In this document: positions 47,219-62,039 of the stretch, in pieces | Layout of the letters: the number at the start of each line of letters is the position of its first letter | Position numbering within the stretch: position 1 is the first letter of the stretch | Source: Macrostomum lignano | Taxonomy: Eukaryota | Length of the DNA: 64,000 bases | NCBI GenBank assembly: GCA_002269645.1 | Contig: NIVC01000926.1 | Span: 248,001-312,000, forward strand | Direction of reading: 5' to 3' | The notes under the pieces: model-generated | Databases searched by the model: none | The model's input: the letters and a program-made list of their open reading frames with translations, nothing else | Told to the model about the DNA's origin: nothing | Position numbers and translations under genes: made by a program

Positions 47219-49691
47219 ATGCGTTCATTCCTACTTGCAGTAGCATTGTTAGTAGTAATAGTTAAAAATTCTTTGTCGCTTAACTGCGGCCCAGCTGGCG
47301 ACGGCCAGTGTAGCGCAGCTTGGCGCACTTATCAATTGGAATTCGAATCGGCCTGGTCGGCCTACAAGCGTCCGTTAGACACCGCTGGTTGTTCCATCTA
47401 TGAGCAGACTTTGAAGTCAGACTTGAGCATTTTTGCTGGCGGTGTTCATCGCGAGGATATTGACGAGGCTGTCCGACTGGGCGGAATTCTGTACCAGGTG
47501 GGTGACTGAACCACCCTCCTGCCCCGCAATCTCCGTCCCCTCCACCCTCCGACTTTCCTAGCCCGCCAATTCTGACCAATTAACCCCACCCCGACTTTCC
47601 TGCCCCGCCAACACTGACCAATCAACCCCACCCCCACTTTCCTGCCCCGCCTACTCTGACCAATCAACCCCACCCCCCACTTTCCTGCCCCCTACTCTGA
47701 CCAATCAACCCCACCCCCCCACTTTCCTGCCCCGCCTACTCTGACCAATCAACCCCACCCCCCACTTTCCTGCCCCGCCTACTCTGACCAATCAACCCCA
47801 CCCCCCCACTTTCCTGCCCCGCCTACCAATCAACCCCACCCCCACTTTCCTGCTCCGCCAACTCTGACCAATCAACTCCACCCCCACTTTCCTGCCCGCC
47901 TACTCTGACCAATCAACTCCACCCCACTTTCCTGCCCCGCCTACTCTGACCAATCAACCCCACCCCCACTTTCCTGCTCCGCCAACTCTGACCAATCAAT
48001 CCCACCCTCCACTTTCCTGTCTAGCCAACTGCGACCTCTCAAAACCTACCCCACACCCCTCATTCCTGCCCGTCAACTCCGATTCCTTAGCCTCACCCAC
48101 AAAAATTTTCTTATTAACGTCCTCTATGCAACTGAACACTGAGCCTTGCATAGTATGCACTTTATGCTCACTGTTCTTACTAAATAGAGGTAGACAATGG
48201 CGCTATCAGCTATAAATTATTTGTTACTATGGCAACGAATCTATTATCTCGTATCATTAGCTGTTGCCAATAATTTAATTAGCTGCAACATATTTCACCT
48301 TTAAATGTATCGCGATTTTTATGTAAAATGCATGTACTATTAATGTAGTACCGCTTCAACCCCTCCATCTTACAAGATCATAGACGGAAAACTTTACCGC
48401 AACTCAAGCGAATGCCGTCATTTCTCGGCCCGCTGCTCAGGCGTTGAGCACTATCTATTGCGTGCGGCGCCGCGTATGTCTAGGAATGTGGAATTCGTTA
48501 TCAACGTGGCCGACTATCCTCTCGTTCCGGAGACTCCGTTGAGACCCGCGCCTGTCATGTCGTTTAGCAAGTCCGACGGCCGGCATAGGGATGTCTTGTA
48601 TCCCACCTGGTCCTTTAGTCAGGGCGGCCCCTGTCTGCATCCTATTTACAGGTTAGAGACCCTTGAAACTGTCTTTCTTAATGCCTTAGTGTCTGCTGTC
48701 TGTCAGTCTGTGTCTGCATGTCTTAGTGTCTGTCTGCTGCCTGTCTGTCTGTGCTGCCTGTCTCTGTCCGTCTATGTCTGCCTGTCTCTGTATCTGTCTG
48801 TCTGTCTGCCTGTCTCTGTATCTGTCTGTCTGTCTGCCTGTCTCTGTCTGTGTCTGTCTGTTTGTCTCTCTCTGCCTGTCTTTAGTGTATTTTAAATCTG
48901 TGTAGGTCGTATTTCTGTATATTAATTATCTATCTATAAATCAATCCATCATCTGCAGCAATGGCATCGGCGACTGGAACGGCACCCGTCAGCAGTTGCT
49001 CGCAGTCGCCCAGGCGCATCCCTGGTCAAACAAGACCGACGTTGCCTTCTTCAGAGGCTCTCGAACTTCGCAGGAACGCGACGCCGTCGTTCTGCTGTCG
49101 CTGGCCAAACCGGAGCTTTTCGACGCCCGTTATACAAAAAATCAGGCTTACAAGTCGGCCGCCGACACCCTGAATCTGGAGCCGGCGCCCTACGTCAGCC
49201 TGCCTGAGCACTGCAAGTACAGGTGAGCAGGCTGAGTTAGTGGCACTCCCGCATGCTGATAGTGGCTAGTTTATAATCATGCCTTTTGTTGCTGATATTT
49301 TTGCATCAATCATGTTTGAACTCGCAGGTATCTAATCAACATGCGCGGTGTAGCGGCCAGCTTCCGCCTGCGTCACATCCTCCTGTGCGGCTCGGCAGTG
49401 CTGCACGCCGTTGACAAGAATTCAAATTGGCGCGAGTTTTTCTACCCGGCAATGCGGCCGTGGATTCACTACGTGCCGCTGTTGCCCAACTTGCGCGACG
49501 CCGAAGATAAACTGCTGTTCCTGCGCGCTAATCCCGACTGGGCTAAGCGCCTGGCCGCTGAGGGCGCCCATTTTATTGACAAGCATCTGCGAGACTCTGA
49601 TGTGGCCTGCTATTGGCTGCGATTGTTGAGAAGGTTCTCCCGGCTGCTGAGCTACGATGCGACGCTTAGGGATAATATGCGACCCGTTTGA
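47219..49691 (+). CDS. POGLUT1: Protein O-glucosyltransferase 1 / Rumi (CAP10/GT90 family), 4 exons, ~393 aa
   Basis: Exons 47219-47497, 48377-48651, 48959-49222, 49328-49691. Signal peptide; [10 protein letters not shown]...RCSGVEH...INVADYP; [12 protein letters not shown]; [27 protein letters not shown]; [17 protein letters not shown]. Confidence 0.93.
47510..48060. repeat. 42-bp minisatellite (ctgaccaatcaaccccacccccactttcctgccccgcctact) in POGLUT1 intron 1
   Basis: Period 42 (47614/47656). Confidence 0.95.
48695..48880. repeat. (TGTC/TCTG)n microsatellite in POGLUT1 intron 2
   Basis: Simple repeat run. Confidence 0.9.
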
Positions 49692-50912
49692 CTGGGTAGC
49701 TAGGTTTTTGTATGTGGACTAGCAACCCTTGCCCCCCCCGTTGGGGAGGCAAAAAAGGAATGTTTTTAATATTATTCTTGTAAAGTCTTGTACAGTTACT
49801 TTTGTTATCTGTCGGATAAGGCCAAGGTTTCATAACAAATCGAAACAGACAGAAGAGGAGACTCGACAGAATCGAAAAGGAAATCTGAATAGTTAATCTG
49901 CGCTGTTAATCCATAGTGGTCAGATTCAATGATGCGGTAACGAATTAATTTTTTTCCAGCCAGTTTTAAATGCCTTCTCTCAAAGGCTGTTTTTCATTGA
50001 CAGCTTTTCTTCCTTCCCCAATATTGACATTCCAATTTTTATATACTCGTAGTTTGTCAATTTTGTCTACAGATCTGCCTTCAACAACAAACAGCTGAAG
50101 TTGCCTCGCGTCATTAATAACGTTTGTAAAAAAACAAATCCAATTATTTATTCGGTGAATTGATTGACTTTGATTCACTTTGAATTGAATAAAACTAATA
50201 GCACTTGGAACCACGTGGAACGAACTTTATAATTAATTATTCAGTAGTTTTATCATTTGCAGTACAGTAATATATTGTATCTTATTTGTAAAGTCTACAC
50301 TTGAAAAAACAGCAGAATCAGCAATAGCATTGCAACAACAATAAGCGAGGGTAAATTTAAGCATGCACAACAGTTTCTTTTGAAATTAACAAACTACGTG
50401 TTATAATCTGGCACAATAGACCAACACCAAACAGATATATAGATATTTAAGCGGCAATTTGAGTAATTTTCCATATCATATGTAATAAATACTATTTAAT
50501 AGTACATTACGTCCTACGAAAAGCGGATCAAGCAGAGGGCGCCGCGAAAATCCTTGGAATGGCAAACAAAAACTTAAAAGCTCAAAAATGACTTGCTTAT
50601 ACTACTGAAGTCCAATACATATCCAATACAAACATTCCAATACATAACGACGTAAAGCCACAAAGATAAGGGAAATGGATTTTACCAACTTATCAACGTA
50701 AGTAGAATATAATTCATGGTCCTGACTAGGACTGTTAAAACGATAAATCGTAAGCCGGTCCGGTCTCTGGTTTAATAAAATTTAATCAAATACGAATAAT
50801 TGGCAATATTTGCGAAACTCCCTAGAACTATTGAATCTCGTGACGCAATGACTTAAGCCAGCTGCTTAAGCGCTAATGTATTTGTCTTGATAGTTACCTC
50901 AAAATCAATTGG

Positions 50913-52461
<1,549 letters not shown>

Positions 52462-53084
52462 TGTGTATAACTGAATAAATATTTGAAATTATTATTATTT
52501 CAAATGGCTGAAAGGTAATCAATAACTTATTAGTGACATGATAAAAGAGTTAGTCATTTGACAAAGAGAACAACAAAATGAACAAATTAAACAAAAACAC
52601 AATAAAAAAGCCTATCCATCAAATTACTATAAATTATTATATATAAAATTATAGTTACTTTGTCAAATTGGTAACAAGACATTTTGGTAACAAGTTTAGA
52701 TACCTCAGTGACAAGTTTGGAATAGTCAGTGATAGCCCCAGCCCTCAGTCAAATGAGTAACATAGCTATAATTATATTTAGTATGTATAATTATAATATT
52801 TACCTAAGTGTATGCAACTTATATACTCATAAATATGTACTCATAATATACTCATATATACTCATAAATGTGTAGACTCTTATTTGTTTTATAGTTATTG
52901 AATAACCAAGATTTTTAAGCTCTTTTTTCATTATAATACCCAATGGGAAAAGGGCAGCCTTTAATTTTTACCCTAGCCTCAAATGCAGCCTTGAATGAAC
53001 CTCAAAGCAGATTTTTTGAGGCTGGTTTGATGCTAGCCTAAAAAATAATCTTCAGCATTAAAAGAGATTGTATTTGATGCTGGA

Positions 53085-53520
53085 TTTGAGGCTACAGTAG
53101 AGGTTCAAATTAGAGTCTGAAGTAGAGGCTCGATTCGAGGCTAGATTATAGGCTTTATTTGAGCCTGGATTTAATGTTTAATTTAGAGGCTAAATTTGAG
53201 GCTAGATTAGAGGCTTTATTTGAGCCTGGATTTAATGTTTAATTTAGAGGCTAAATTTGAGGCTAGATTAGAGGCTTTATTTGAGCCTGGATTTGATGTT
53301 TAATTTAGAGGCTAAATTCGAGGCTAGATTAGAGGTTGAATTCAAGGCTGGAATAGAGGCTAGATTCGATGTGCAAGTTATAGGCTGGATTAAAGGTTGA
53401 ATTCGATGCTGGAATAGAGGCTAGATTAGAGGCTGGAATGGAGGTTTGATTAGAGGCTGGATTGTAGGCTGGATTACAGGTTGGATTAGAGGCTGGATTA
53501 GAGGCTAGAAGAGAAGCTCA
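53085..53520. repeat. Degenerate gaggctagatta-based tandem repeat with a ~59-bp higher-order unit
   Basis: Three near-identical long units at about 53135-53320, then shorter 12-bp-like units. Confidence 0.8.
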
Positions 53521-53908
53521 AGTTGGAGGCTTAATGGTGTGTGACTGCAGCTCTTTTGCAAATAGAGGAGCAAATATCCATCCCACAAAAATGTGAACTC
53601 TGTACGAGGTGTATTCAAAAAGTTCTTTTTGGTCCTTTGGCATTTATTTTTAGAAAGCGTTGTAAACAGAATTTTAGCAATTTAACTAAGTTATGTCTAT
53701 GGACTAAACGTTCCTAGGGTTTTAAGCCTCAGTTTGCAACTATGTTAGAGCAGCGAACATTTCTATCAGCTACCACTCAATTTCTTGGCCATGGCTGAAT
53801 CATTTTCAAAGCCTGACATTCGAAGCTTGATGAAGTTTCAGTTTCTGCAAGGAAAAAAGCCACCGGATATGTTTAGGGAGCTTCAGCAAGTGCTTGGCAA
53901 CTGTGCAC

Positions 53909-56900
53909 TGTTGGCCGTACACCGTTTAACTCTCTGACCCTCAAGTGTACAATGCCTGCCCCTGTCGCTCTGCAGCCAATCAGCTTGCACGCTTCTTGTT
54001 TATCAGGTGCAACTCCACCCCACGCAAATATCGATTTCTAAATATATATATTGGCGCTTAAGGCCGCACAGTGGCCAAGCCTTTTCTTACCCCTAAAACA
54101 AATCTACATTGGCATCGCTAGCAGGAATGTCTGTGCCTCTACAACTGCCCCTGCCTGAGCCTTTCGATACTCAGAAAGAGCCACACAACCTCTCAGCATG
54201 GTGGGCAGAATGGGCCAACCGATTCAAGTGCTTTGTGACTGCAAGCGGCATAACAGATGCAAGTCAACAACGAGAGATTCTACTTTACGTCGGCGGCAAA
54301 CAGGTGGCTGAAGTGTACGCAGAACTCACGAGGCCAGGCAAGACCCTCGAAGAGCTCCTGGACGCCCTCAAAGAGCACTTCAAGAGCAGGCACAACCCGG
54401 TATTCGTGCGATATAAATTCTGACACTGCACGTAGCAGCCCGGTGAAGCCATCAACACCTGGGTGCAACGGCTGTTCAAGGCTGCAGAAGGATGTGAATT
54501 CGAGACTCAGCGGGATCTCATCACCCGAGACCAAATTGTCGCCGGCTGCCAGTCAGACCAGCTCCGGCGCAGGTTGCTGCAGACACCTAATATCCAGCTC
54601 AAAGAAGCGCTGCAGCAAGCCAGGGCATTCGAGGTGGCCGACCTTCAATCTGCAGTCATCGAAGCGCGGAAAAGCGAGTCAGTGAACGCAATGCGGCGTA
54701 TCGAGAAGCCAGACCGACCGGAGCGAACCAGAACAAAATGCATCTGCTGTGGAGAGTCGGGCCACCGAACGTGCGAGGCGGCCAAAGGAAAGACGTGTCG
54801 GAACTGCAACAAGGTCGGCCACCTGGCAAAAGCGTGCTTGTCCAAACCCGCAAGCTCCAGAAAGGTGCACGCCATTGCTGAGGAGCAGCCGAGTGATCAG
54901 CAACAGCAAGACAGCAACAGCAGCTGCGAGGTGTTCTGCCTGACGCCACAGCGTAAGCGACTGCCGCTCGTTAAAGCAGACATCAACGGCCACGCCACAG
55001 ACCTGCTAATCGATAGCGGCGCCAGCTGCAATCTAATGGACTCAAAAACATTCAAGGCCATCGGAGGCATGGCAGACGACCTTTGTGCGTCAAAGCAGTG
55101 GGTCTTCCCGTTCGGCTCCAGTGAACCCCTCACTACTCTTGGCAAAGCGACCCTCCGGACCGCCGTTTATGACGTCAGCGCCAGCATTAGCTACATCATC
55201 GTCAAGGAGACGGGCACGACGATCGTGGGCCGCTAAACCAGCGAGGAGCTGGGAATCCTACGCATCAGACCAAGCAATCCCAGCGTCTGTCATCTGAAAG
55301 ACTCTGGTGAGCTTCATGAGCCACTCAGCGCTGCATTGGCGGCCGCAGCGACGGAGGCAGACGATCAGGCAATGCCACAGCATGAGCGCCTCAGCAACAT
55401 TATCAAGACCTTCAGGCAGCAATTTGTGGGAATTGGGTGCGTCAAGGATGTTGAAGTCGGCATCCACCTGCAAGACGGAGCCGTGCCGGTCTGCCATCTG
55501 CCAAGTCGCATCCCCGTGCATCTGCGGGAGGCTGCGCAGCGCGAGCTCGACGATCAACTGCAGGCTGGAATAATCGAGAAAGTGACCGGACCGTCCGAAT
55601 GGGTGGCATGAATAGTTGTTGTCCCGAAGTCGCAGCCTGGCCAAGTGCGCATTACCCAAGATCTGCGAGATGTGAACAAGTTCGTAGTGCCCGAGAAACA
55701 GCCCATACCAACTTTTGAAGAGGTCACTGATGAAATGGCCGGTGCGCGCTACTTCACCGAGTTGGACATCAACAAGGTGTTTCACCAGATCCGCGTCCGA
55801 GAAGACTCGCGCCATCTGCTGACATTTTTGACGCCGAAGGGTCTCATGAGACTGACACGCCTGTGCATGGGCTTTACGTCAGCGTCTGAGATTCTACAAC
55901 GAGTCATGACCAGCGTGCTCGGCGGGCTTCCAGGAGTCCGCTGGGTACATGACGACATTATCATCTATGCAAGCTCCATCATTGAGCACAACCAGCGGCT
56001 AGCGGCAACCTTGCAAAGGCTAGAAGAGCACAACATCACCTTAAATCTGGCAAAGTGCAAGTTTGCCATCAAGGAGGCCAAGTTTCTCGCTATGCGCCTG
56101 TCCGAGAAGGGCATCCAACTGACAGACGAGAAGGTGAGCGCTGTGAAAGCATTCAGAGCACCGAAAAACGCGTCCGAAGTGAGGTCCTTTCTTGGCCTTG
56201 TGGCTTTTGTCAGTCGCTTTATCCCAGCCCTGTCAGACATGGCCAAGCCCCTGCGAGATCTGACCAGAAAGGATGCGCCGTGGTCCTGGGGAGCGGCTGA
56301 GGAGACTGCTTTCAGCGCCATCAAGAACTCGATCTCCGCGAGCAGCACACTGGCATTCTTTGACAAGCGCAGACCCACAGAAGTGATCGTGGATGCCAGC
56401 CCGACAGGACTCGGAGCGATCCTTAGCCAATAGCAGCCAGACGGCAGCTTGCGACCGATCGCCTACGCAAGCCGCGCACTGTCAGCGGTGGAGACGCGCT
56501 ATTCTCAGACGGAAAGAGAAGCCCTTGCCGTCAAATTCGGTTGCCTGCGCTTCTGCCATTACCTCAGTGGTTCGTCCGGTTTCCGGGTCGTCACTGACCA
56601 CAAGCCGCTGGTGCACCTATTTAAGCCAGGATTGCATCCGCCACCAAGAATCGAGAGGATGGCACTGAGCATCCAGGACCTGGTGTTCGAGACAATGTAC
56701 AGGCCAGGCTCGACCAATCCCAGTGACTTGCTAAGCCGGCAAATCTTCCCAGCATCAGCAGTCTCCAGCGCCGGAGCAACCAGGGACAACCACTACATCA
56801 ACAGCATTGCCGAGGACTCGACCCCAAAGGGACTGGCGCTGCAACAGCTTAAGGATGCAACAGCGAGAGATGGAGCCCTCCAAGCAGCCATCTCAGCACT

Positions 56901-58845
56901 CCGAGGCGGCAAGTGGGATCTCCGAGAGGCTACCCTGCGGTCGCTGCACGCAGTCAAGCAGGAGCTCTCCGCAGCAGACGGAATCTTACTGAGAGGCCAG
57001 TGCATCGTCGTCCCCGAAGCGCTGCAGCTGACGGTGCTGCGGCTCGCTCACCAAGGACACCAGGGAGCAAAGAAGACACAGGCGAGGTTATCGGCGAAGG
57101 TCTGGTGGCCCGGTATGGCAGGACAGGCGCAGCGGATGTGCAACGTCTGCCTCCCGTGTCAAGCTGCGAGTCATCAGGCCAAAGTTCCAACAGCGCCGCT
57201 GCAAGCCACACCACTGCCACCACATGCCTGGCACACCCTGGGCATCGACTTCACCGGGCCAGTGCAAAACAAGCATCTACTCGTCATAGTTGACCATTTC
57301 TCCCGCTATCCGATAGTCATGCATGTCGTCCATGACAGCCGAGGCGGTCACCAAGCAGCTCCGGAAGCTATTCTCCACGTTCGGCAGACCAGCGCAGCTC
57401 GTCTCAGACAACGGGCCCCCATTCAGCTCGCAAGCCTTCCACAACTTCCTCCACAGCAACGGTGTGCAGCACCGCTCCATCACTCCGTACCACCCGGCAG
57501 CAAATGGAGTCACCGAACGCATCAACCGCTCGATTAACAAGATCATCCGCATCGCAAGCATCGAGAAATCCGACTGGCAGGCCGCACTCGAAGACTGGCT
57601 GGAGGCCTACCGCAACATGCCGCACAGCAGCACTGGAGCCACCCCTGCGAAGCTGATGTTCCAGCGACAGGTGCAAGACTGCACCCCCAGCATGCGGCAG
57701 CGCAGCCGAGTGCCCAGCACTTTGGCCGCGGTCAAGGCTCGCGACAGCGCCGCCAAACAACGGATGGCGCGCCATGCAGATGAGCGCCGAAGAGCCGCCA
57801 GCCACAACATCATGGCAGGCGACTCGGTGCTGCGCAGGCGGCGCCCTGCCTCCAAAATGCAGACACCCTTCGAGCCAGAGCCGTGGGTCGTCGAGGAGGT
57901 TAAAGGCGACTCCCTCATCCTGCGCAGAGCGCACGAGTCCTGCATGCGCCACATCATGGACCTCAAGCGCCTGCCGACGGCCGACTTCCCGCCACCGCCG
58001 CCCACGCCGCCACCGACCGAAGGCAAGCCGAAGTCACCCGAGTCCATCGCGCTGCGGGCTCACCCACGTGTGTGTAAAAGCCGACCAATGAGTTTAAACC
58101 AGTGAGCTAATTGACTGACTGCAAGAAACTGATTGATCTTTTAAATTTTACAAGCAAACTGAGCGCTTCCCATTTTTGGTAAAGGGGTGTCCCTGCCGGT
58201 CTCATTTTATTTTTTAATCTTCAGCTGCATAGCTTTTAGCTTTTGCTTCAAAGGCCAAATATTCGCAAATAATGCTCGTAATTATATTTGAAACTAATGC
58301 TCGCTTTATATTCGAAACTAATGCTTGTATTTATATTCGAAACTAATGCTCGTATTTATATTCGAAACTAATGTCGTATTTATATTCAAAACTAATGTCG
58401 TATTTATATTCAAAACTAATGCTCATGTCTATTTTCATAAGTAATGCTCATTTGATCGTAACTAATGCTTAAACTCTTATCCATGCTCATATTTGTGTTT
58501 ATGCCCTAATGAATATTCGCTCTCATATCCGTATAATTTCATACTATTCACTCACATCCATTCCCCTCTGATTCCCACTTCGAAATGTTTACTTAGCTTC
58601 CCATTTGCTCTTATCTCCTAACTTTTATCCGCTTGGGGAAGGATGTTGGCCGTACACCGTTTAACTCTCTGACCCTCAAGTGTACAATGCCTGCCCCCGT
58701 CGCTCTGCAGCCAATCAGCTTGCACGCTTCTTGTTTATCAGGCGCAACTCCACCCTACGCAAATATTGATTTCTAAATATATATATATTGGCGCTCAAGG
58801 CCGCGCAGTGGCCAAGCCTTTTCTTACCCCTAAAACAAATCTACA
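53909..58845 (+). mobile_element. Full-length Ty3/Gypsy (Mag-like) LTR retrotransposon, gag-pol pseudogenised
   Basis: LTRs 53909-54108 and 58644-58845 (TG...CA); 5-bp TSD TGCAC; PBS TGGCATCGCTAGCAGGA; PPT ggggaagga. ORF 54127-58105 with Zn knuckles, DSGA protease, VHDD RT, DAS RNase H, HHCC + DDE integrase. Four in-frame stops and one frameshift near 57325. Confidence 0.97.
58280..58440. repeat. 25-bp tandem repeat (tttatattcgaaactaatgctcgta) in the Gypsy 3' UTR
   Basis: Period 25 (58311/58336/58361), between the integrase stop and the PPT. Confidence 0.9.
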
Positions 58846-61800
58846 TGCACCAACTGAGCAGACAGTTCAAAAATGGTACCGGCTGTTCGCTGAGAGAAGA
58901 GAGAGCGTTGAGGACAATGATCGCTCTGAAAGGCCTTTGGCATTCCAGACCATTTTCGATCTGGCGTGACTGCAAAAAATGAGACTGTTGTGAAGAAAGT
59001 GCAAGAGCTCCTGGATGATGATTGGTGATGGACTTGCAAAGAGTTGGCAGAAGACGTTGGTGTGTCAGTAAGAAGTGTCCATACCATTCTGACGGAGCAT
59101 CTTCACCTACAGAAAAAGTTCTGCAAGTGGGTGCCACACCTGCTGACAGGTGAGCAAAAGATGCAGCGAACTGTGGCTTCAAGCAGCCACCTGCGTCGGT
59201 TCCATCGAGAAGGGGAGGATTTTCTATCAAGAATTGTTGCTGGAGACGAGACGTGGGATTATAGCTGGGATCCTGAGACAAAGGCCCAGTCTGCCGAATG
59301 GCTTCCAGCACATTTTCCAAGACCTCAGAAGGCCATCAGGAAGCAGGGCGCGATGAAGATCATGCACGTCGTTTTTTGATTCCCAAGGAATCTTGCTGAA
59401 CTGGGCAGTCTCACAAGGAACCACTGTCAATGGGGACTACTACAAGTGGATTCTGCAGGAGAAGTTGCGCCTAGCAATACAAAAGAAGCGCCCTGATCTG
59501 CTGGAATCTGGCGTGATCCTGCTGCACAACAATGCGCCAGCACATTGCAAGCACAACGTCGTGGATGGGAAGCAAATGGGGCTGGGAAGTGCTCCAACAT
59601 CCACCCTATTTGCCTGATTTATTGCCATGCGACTTCTTATTTCCATCTGTGAAGAGGCCCCTTTGGGGCATTCGATTCGACAGCGTCGAGCACATCAAAG
59701 CTGCTTGCAATCAAGCTGTTCGCCAAACGGTCGCGAGTGGTGTGAGTTCTGGAATCAGAGGCCTAGTAAATTGCTGGCAGAAGTGCAAAGACATTGGTGG
59801 TGAATATGTTGAGTGACAGAATCATTTTAAGCAATCTAAAAGTGTTTTCATGTTTCCAGTTGTTTTGTGTTCAGTTTTGTAGGGCACCGAAAAGAACTTT
59901 TTGAATACACCTCGTATATACTAGCCTGTACCCCGTAAGACACCCGTCTCTGTATAAGTGTACCAGGGGTGTTCCTGTACGATACAAAATCCCACCGATT
60001 AGCCACCAAAAGTTGTCACAGGGCTCTCTATTTAAATCTCAACCGCTGACACTAAAGTTGTTACAGGGGGTTGCTGTTCTCTCTCTAATAAATTCTACTG
60101 CTAAGTCACTAGCTGTTATAGGGCTACTTTTCTATCTCCTAATGTCTTAAAGCTGTCACCAAAAGCTGTAACAGTGCTTTTTACCTCCTACTTTATCAAT
60201 TTTTAATCCCACTAAATGCCACCAAAAGTTGTCTCAGGGCTCTTAATTATTCTTTTATTGGTCTTACTCGCTGCCACCAAGTTGTTATAGGGGTTATTTC
60301 TTCTTAACAATCTTACTGGTTATTAATTGCCTTTTACTGGTAGCGCATGTACTTTTATTGGTAGCATCTGTACTTCTATTATACTTTCTGGCCTGAGTGG
60401 TCTAATGGCACTGTCTATCCTATTCCTATACTCTAAAGATATTATTCTCTCAGTCCTGGGCGTTCCCGGGATCAGAGGGTCACAGCGCACTTTGCTGGGT
60501 TTCTACCCTGAGGCGGGTTTCTCAGACTCTAAGCCTGGATTTCTCTACCCTGTGGTAGGATTCCTGCCTTCTAAAGGTGGGTTACTAGACTCCTAAGTCT
60601 AGGATTTCTCATTCTCTGAGAACGGACTGAACTCTCACTCTTGGGGCAACTCCTAAGTCACTATCTACTTACTCGAAATAAGTAACACGAGTGATTACAA
60701 GCCCAAGGCTGATTTGAAGCTTGATTAATAGCCAAGAAAAGGTGAAAAGGTTGAACAAGGCCAACAGGTGAACAAGGTTGAACCAAGTTATTTATTTTGG
60801 CTCTTAGCTGACTCCATTTTATAGTAAAATTTTCCCTAGTATTTAAAACAAAGTATTAATACATAGAATATTTAGAATATTTTGCATATAAGAAATATTT
60901 TTAATATTTGCATAGTATAACAACAGTAGTACAATTTTGAAATGCAACTTTTTCTAGGAAATTGTTATAAAAACTGAAGGCCTATTATATAAGCAAATAT
61001 GTTGTGTGCACTATATCTTAAGGAGAGAAAATATACTATCCAGATATATGCATGGCAGATAAGTTATATTTCATAATTCCATATATCATTATTTATTATT
61101 TTAATTAATTCAAATTACGCTTAATTAATTATTTAGGGCTTAGAGCTTTGCGATTAGGCTGCAAATTTTTTGCGTAGAACTTTATAGCTTTAATAGTATG
61201 CATATTGTTTGTAATATAAATTAAATATATTTCGTTATTCCAGCTTACAGTAACTTGTCTTCGACTGTTATTTGAATTATGATTATATAACCCCATAATG
61301 TTGATGACAAAATTACGAGTATTACGATAAAATAGGCACATCCTTCTGCGTGCCATAAAAAGTATTCATATAGCTTCAATAGGGATAGAACATTCTGAAA
61401 GGAGCACTGAAAAATTACATTGAAAGTCATAATTAGAAGCTGTAGGATTAGAAGTAATGTAATTTTAAAGAAGTATAAACTTGGAGGCTACAGCTTCCGT
61501 AAAAATATAGGCATGATGGTGATACTAAAATATTAATGGGTTGTTTTAGCAGATTGCATAAAAAAGTTCTTTCATGGATGTTTCAGCTTGCCTGCATGGA
61601 GCTCAAGACTCCCTGGCTGTCCAAAAAGTCAACTGCAGGCACTAAAGTGGCGCCACCACAAACATTGGATACACATAAAAAAAATTTAAATCTACCTAAA
61701 ATTGATAAAACCCAAGCTGACAATGGCCCAGCGCCAAAAAAAGACTTGGCTTTTGAAAGACCCTGAGCCAATTGAGAATGAATGGCTCCACAACATGGTC

Positions 61801-62039
61801 ACAAAACAGTGAAGTTTGCATCTGGCTGGCGCTGTAGATGTGTCCAAGGCCAGCGCTGCTGGTGCTGACCAAGCAGCCAACCAAGATGCCATATTAGAAG
61901 CCAGGTGCCATGCCACAGTGGTGCAAGCTGAATTGGCTATTCAGGTACAGTTTTATAATTAATTATTCTTATAAAGGATTACATGTATATCTGATATATA
62001 ATTAATGCTTCTCTCAACCCTTTCATGCCAATGTAGGAA

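Larger units (their letters stand above)
53605..59914 (+). mobile_element. Mariner transposon (TA TSD) interrupted by a full-length Gypsy element
   Basis: TA|CGAGGTGTATTCAAAAAGTTC ... GAACTTTTTGAATACACCTCG|TA. The ORF starts at 53791 (MAESFSKPDIRSLMKF...) and resumes at 58851 (TEQTVQKWY...KWVPHLL...GDETW...HNNAPAH...PDLLPCDF). Confidence 0.95.

Noticed and set aside
54280-58047. Numerous long antisense and alternate-frame ORFs over the Gypsy element
   Set aside because: Expected shadows of GC-rich gag-pol sequence; no independent motifs.
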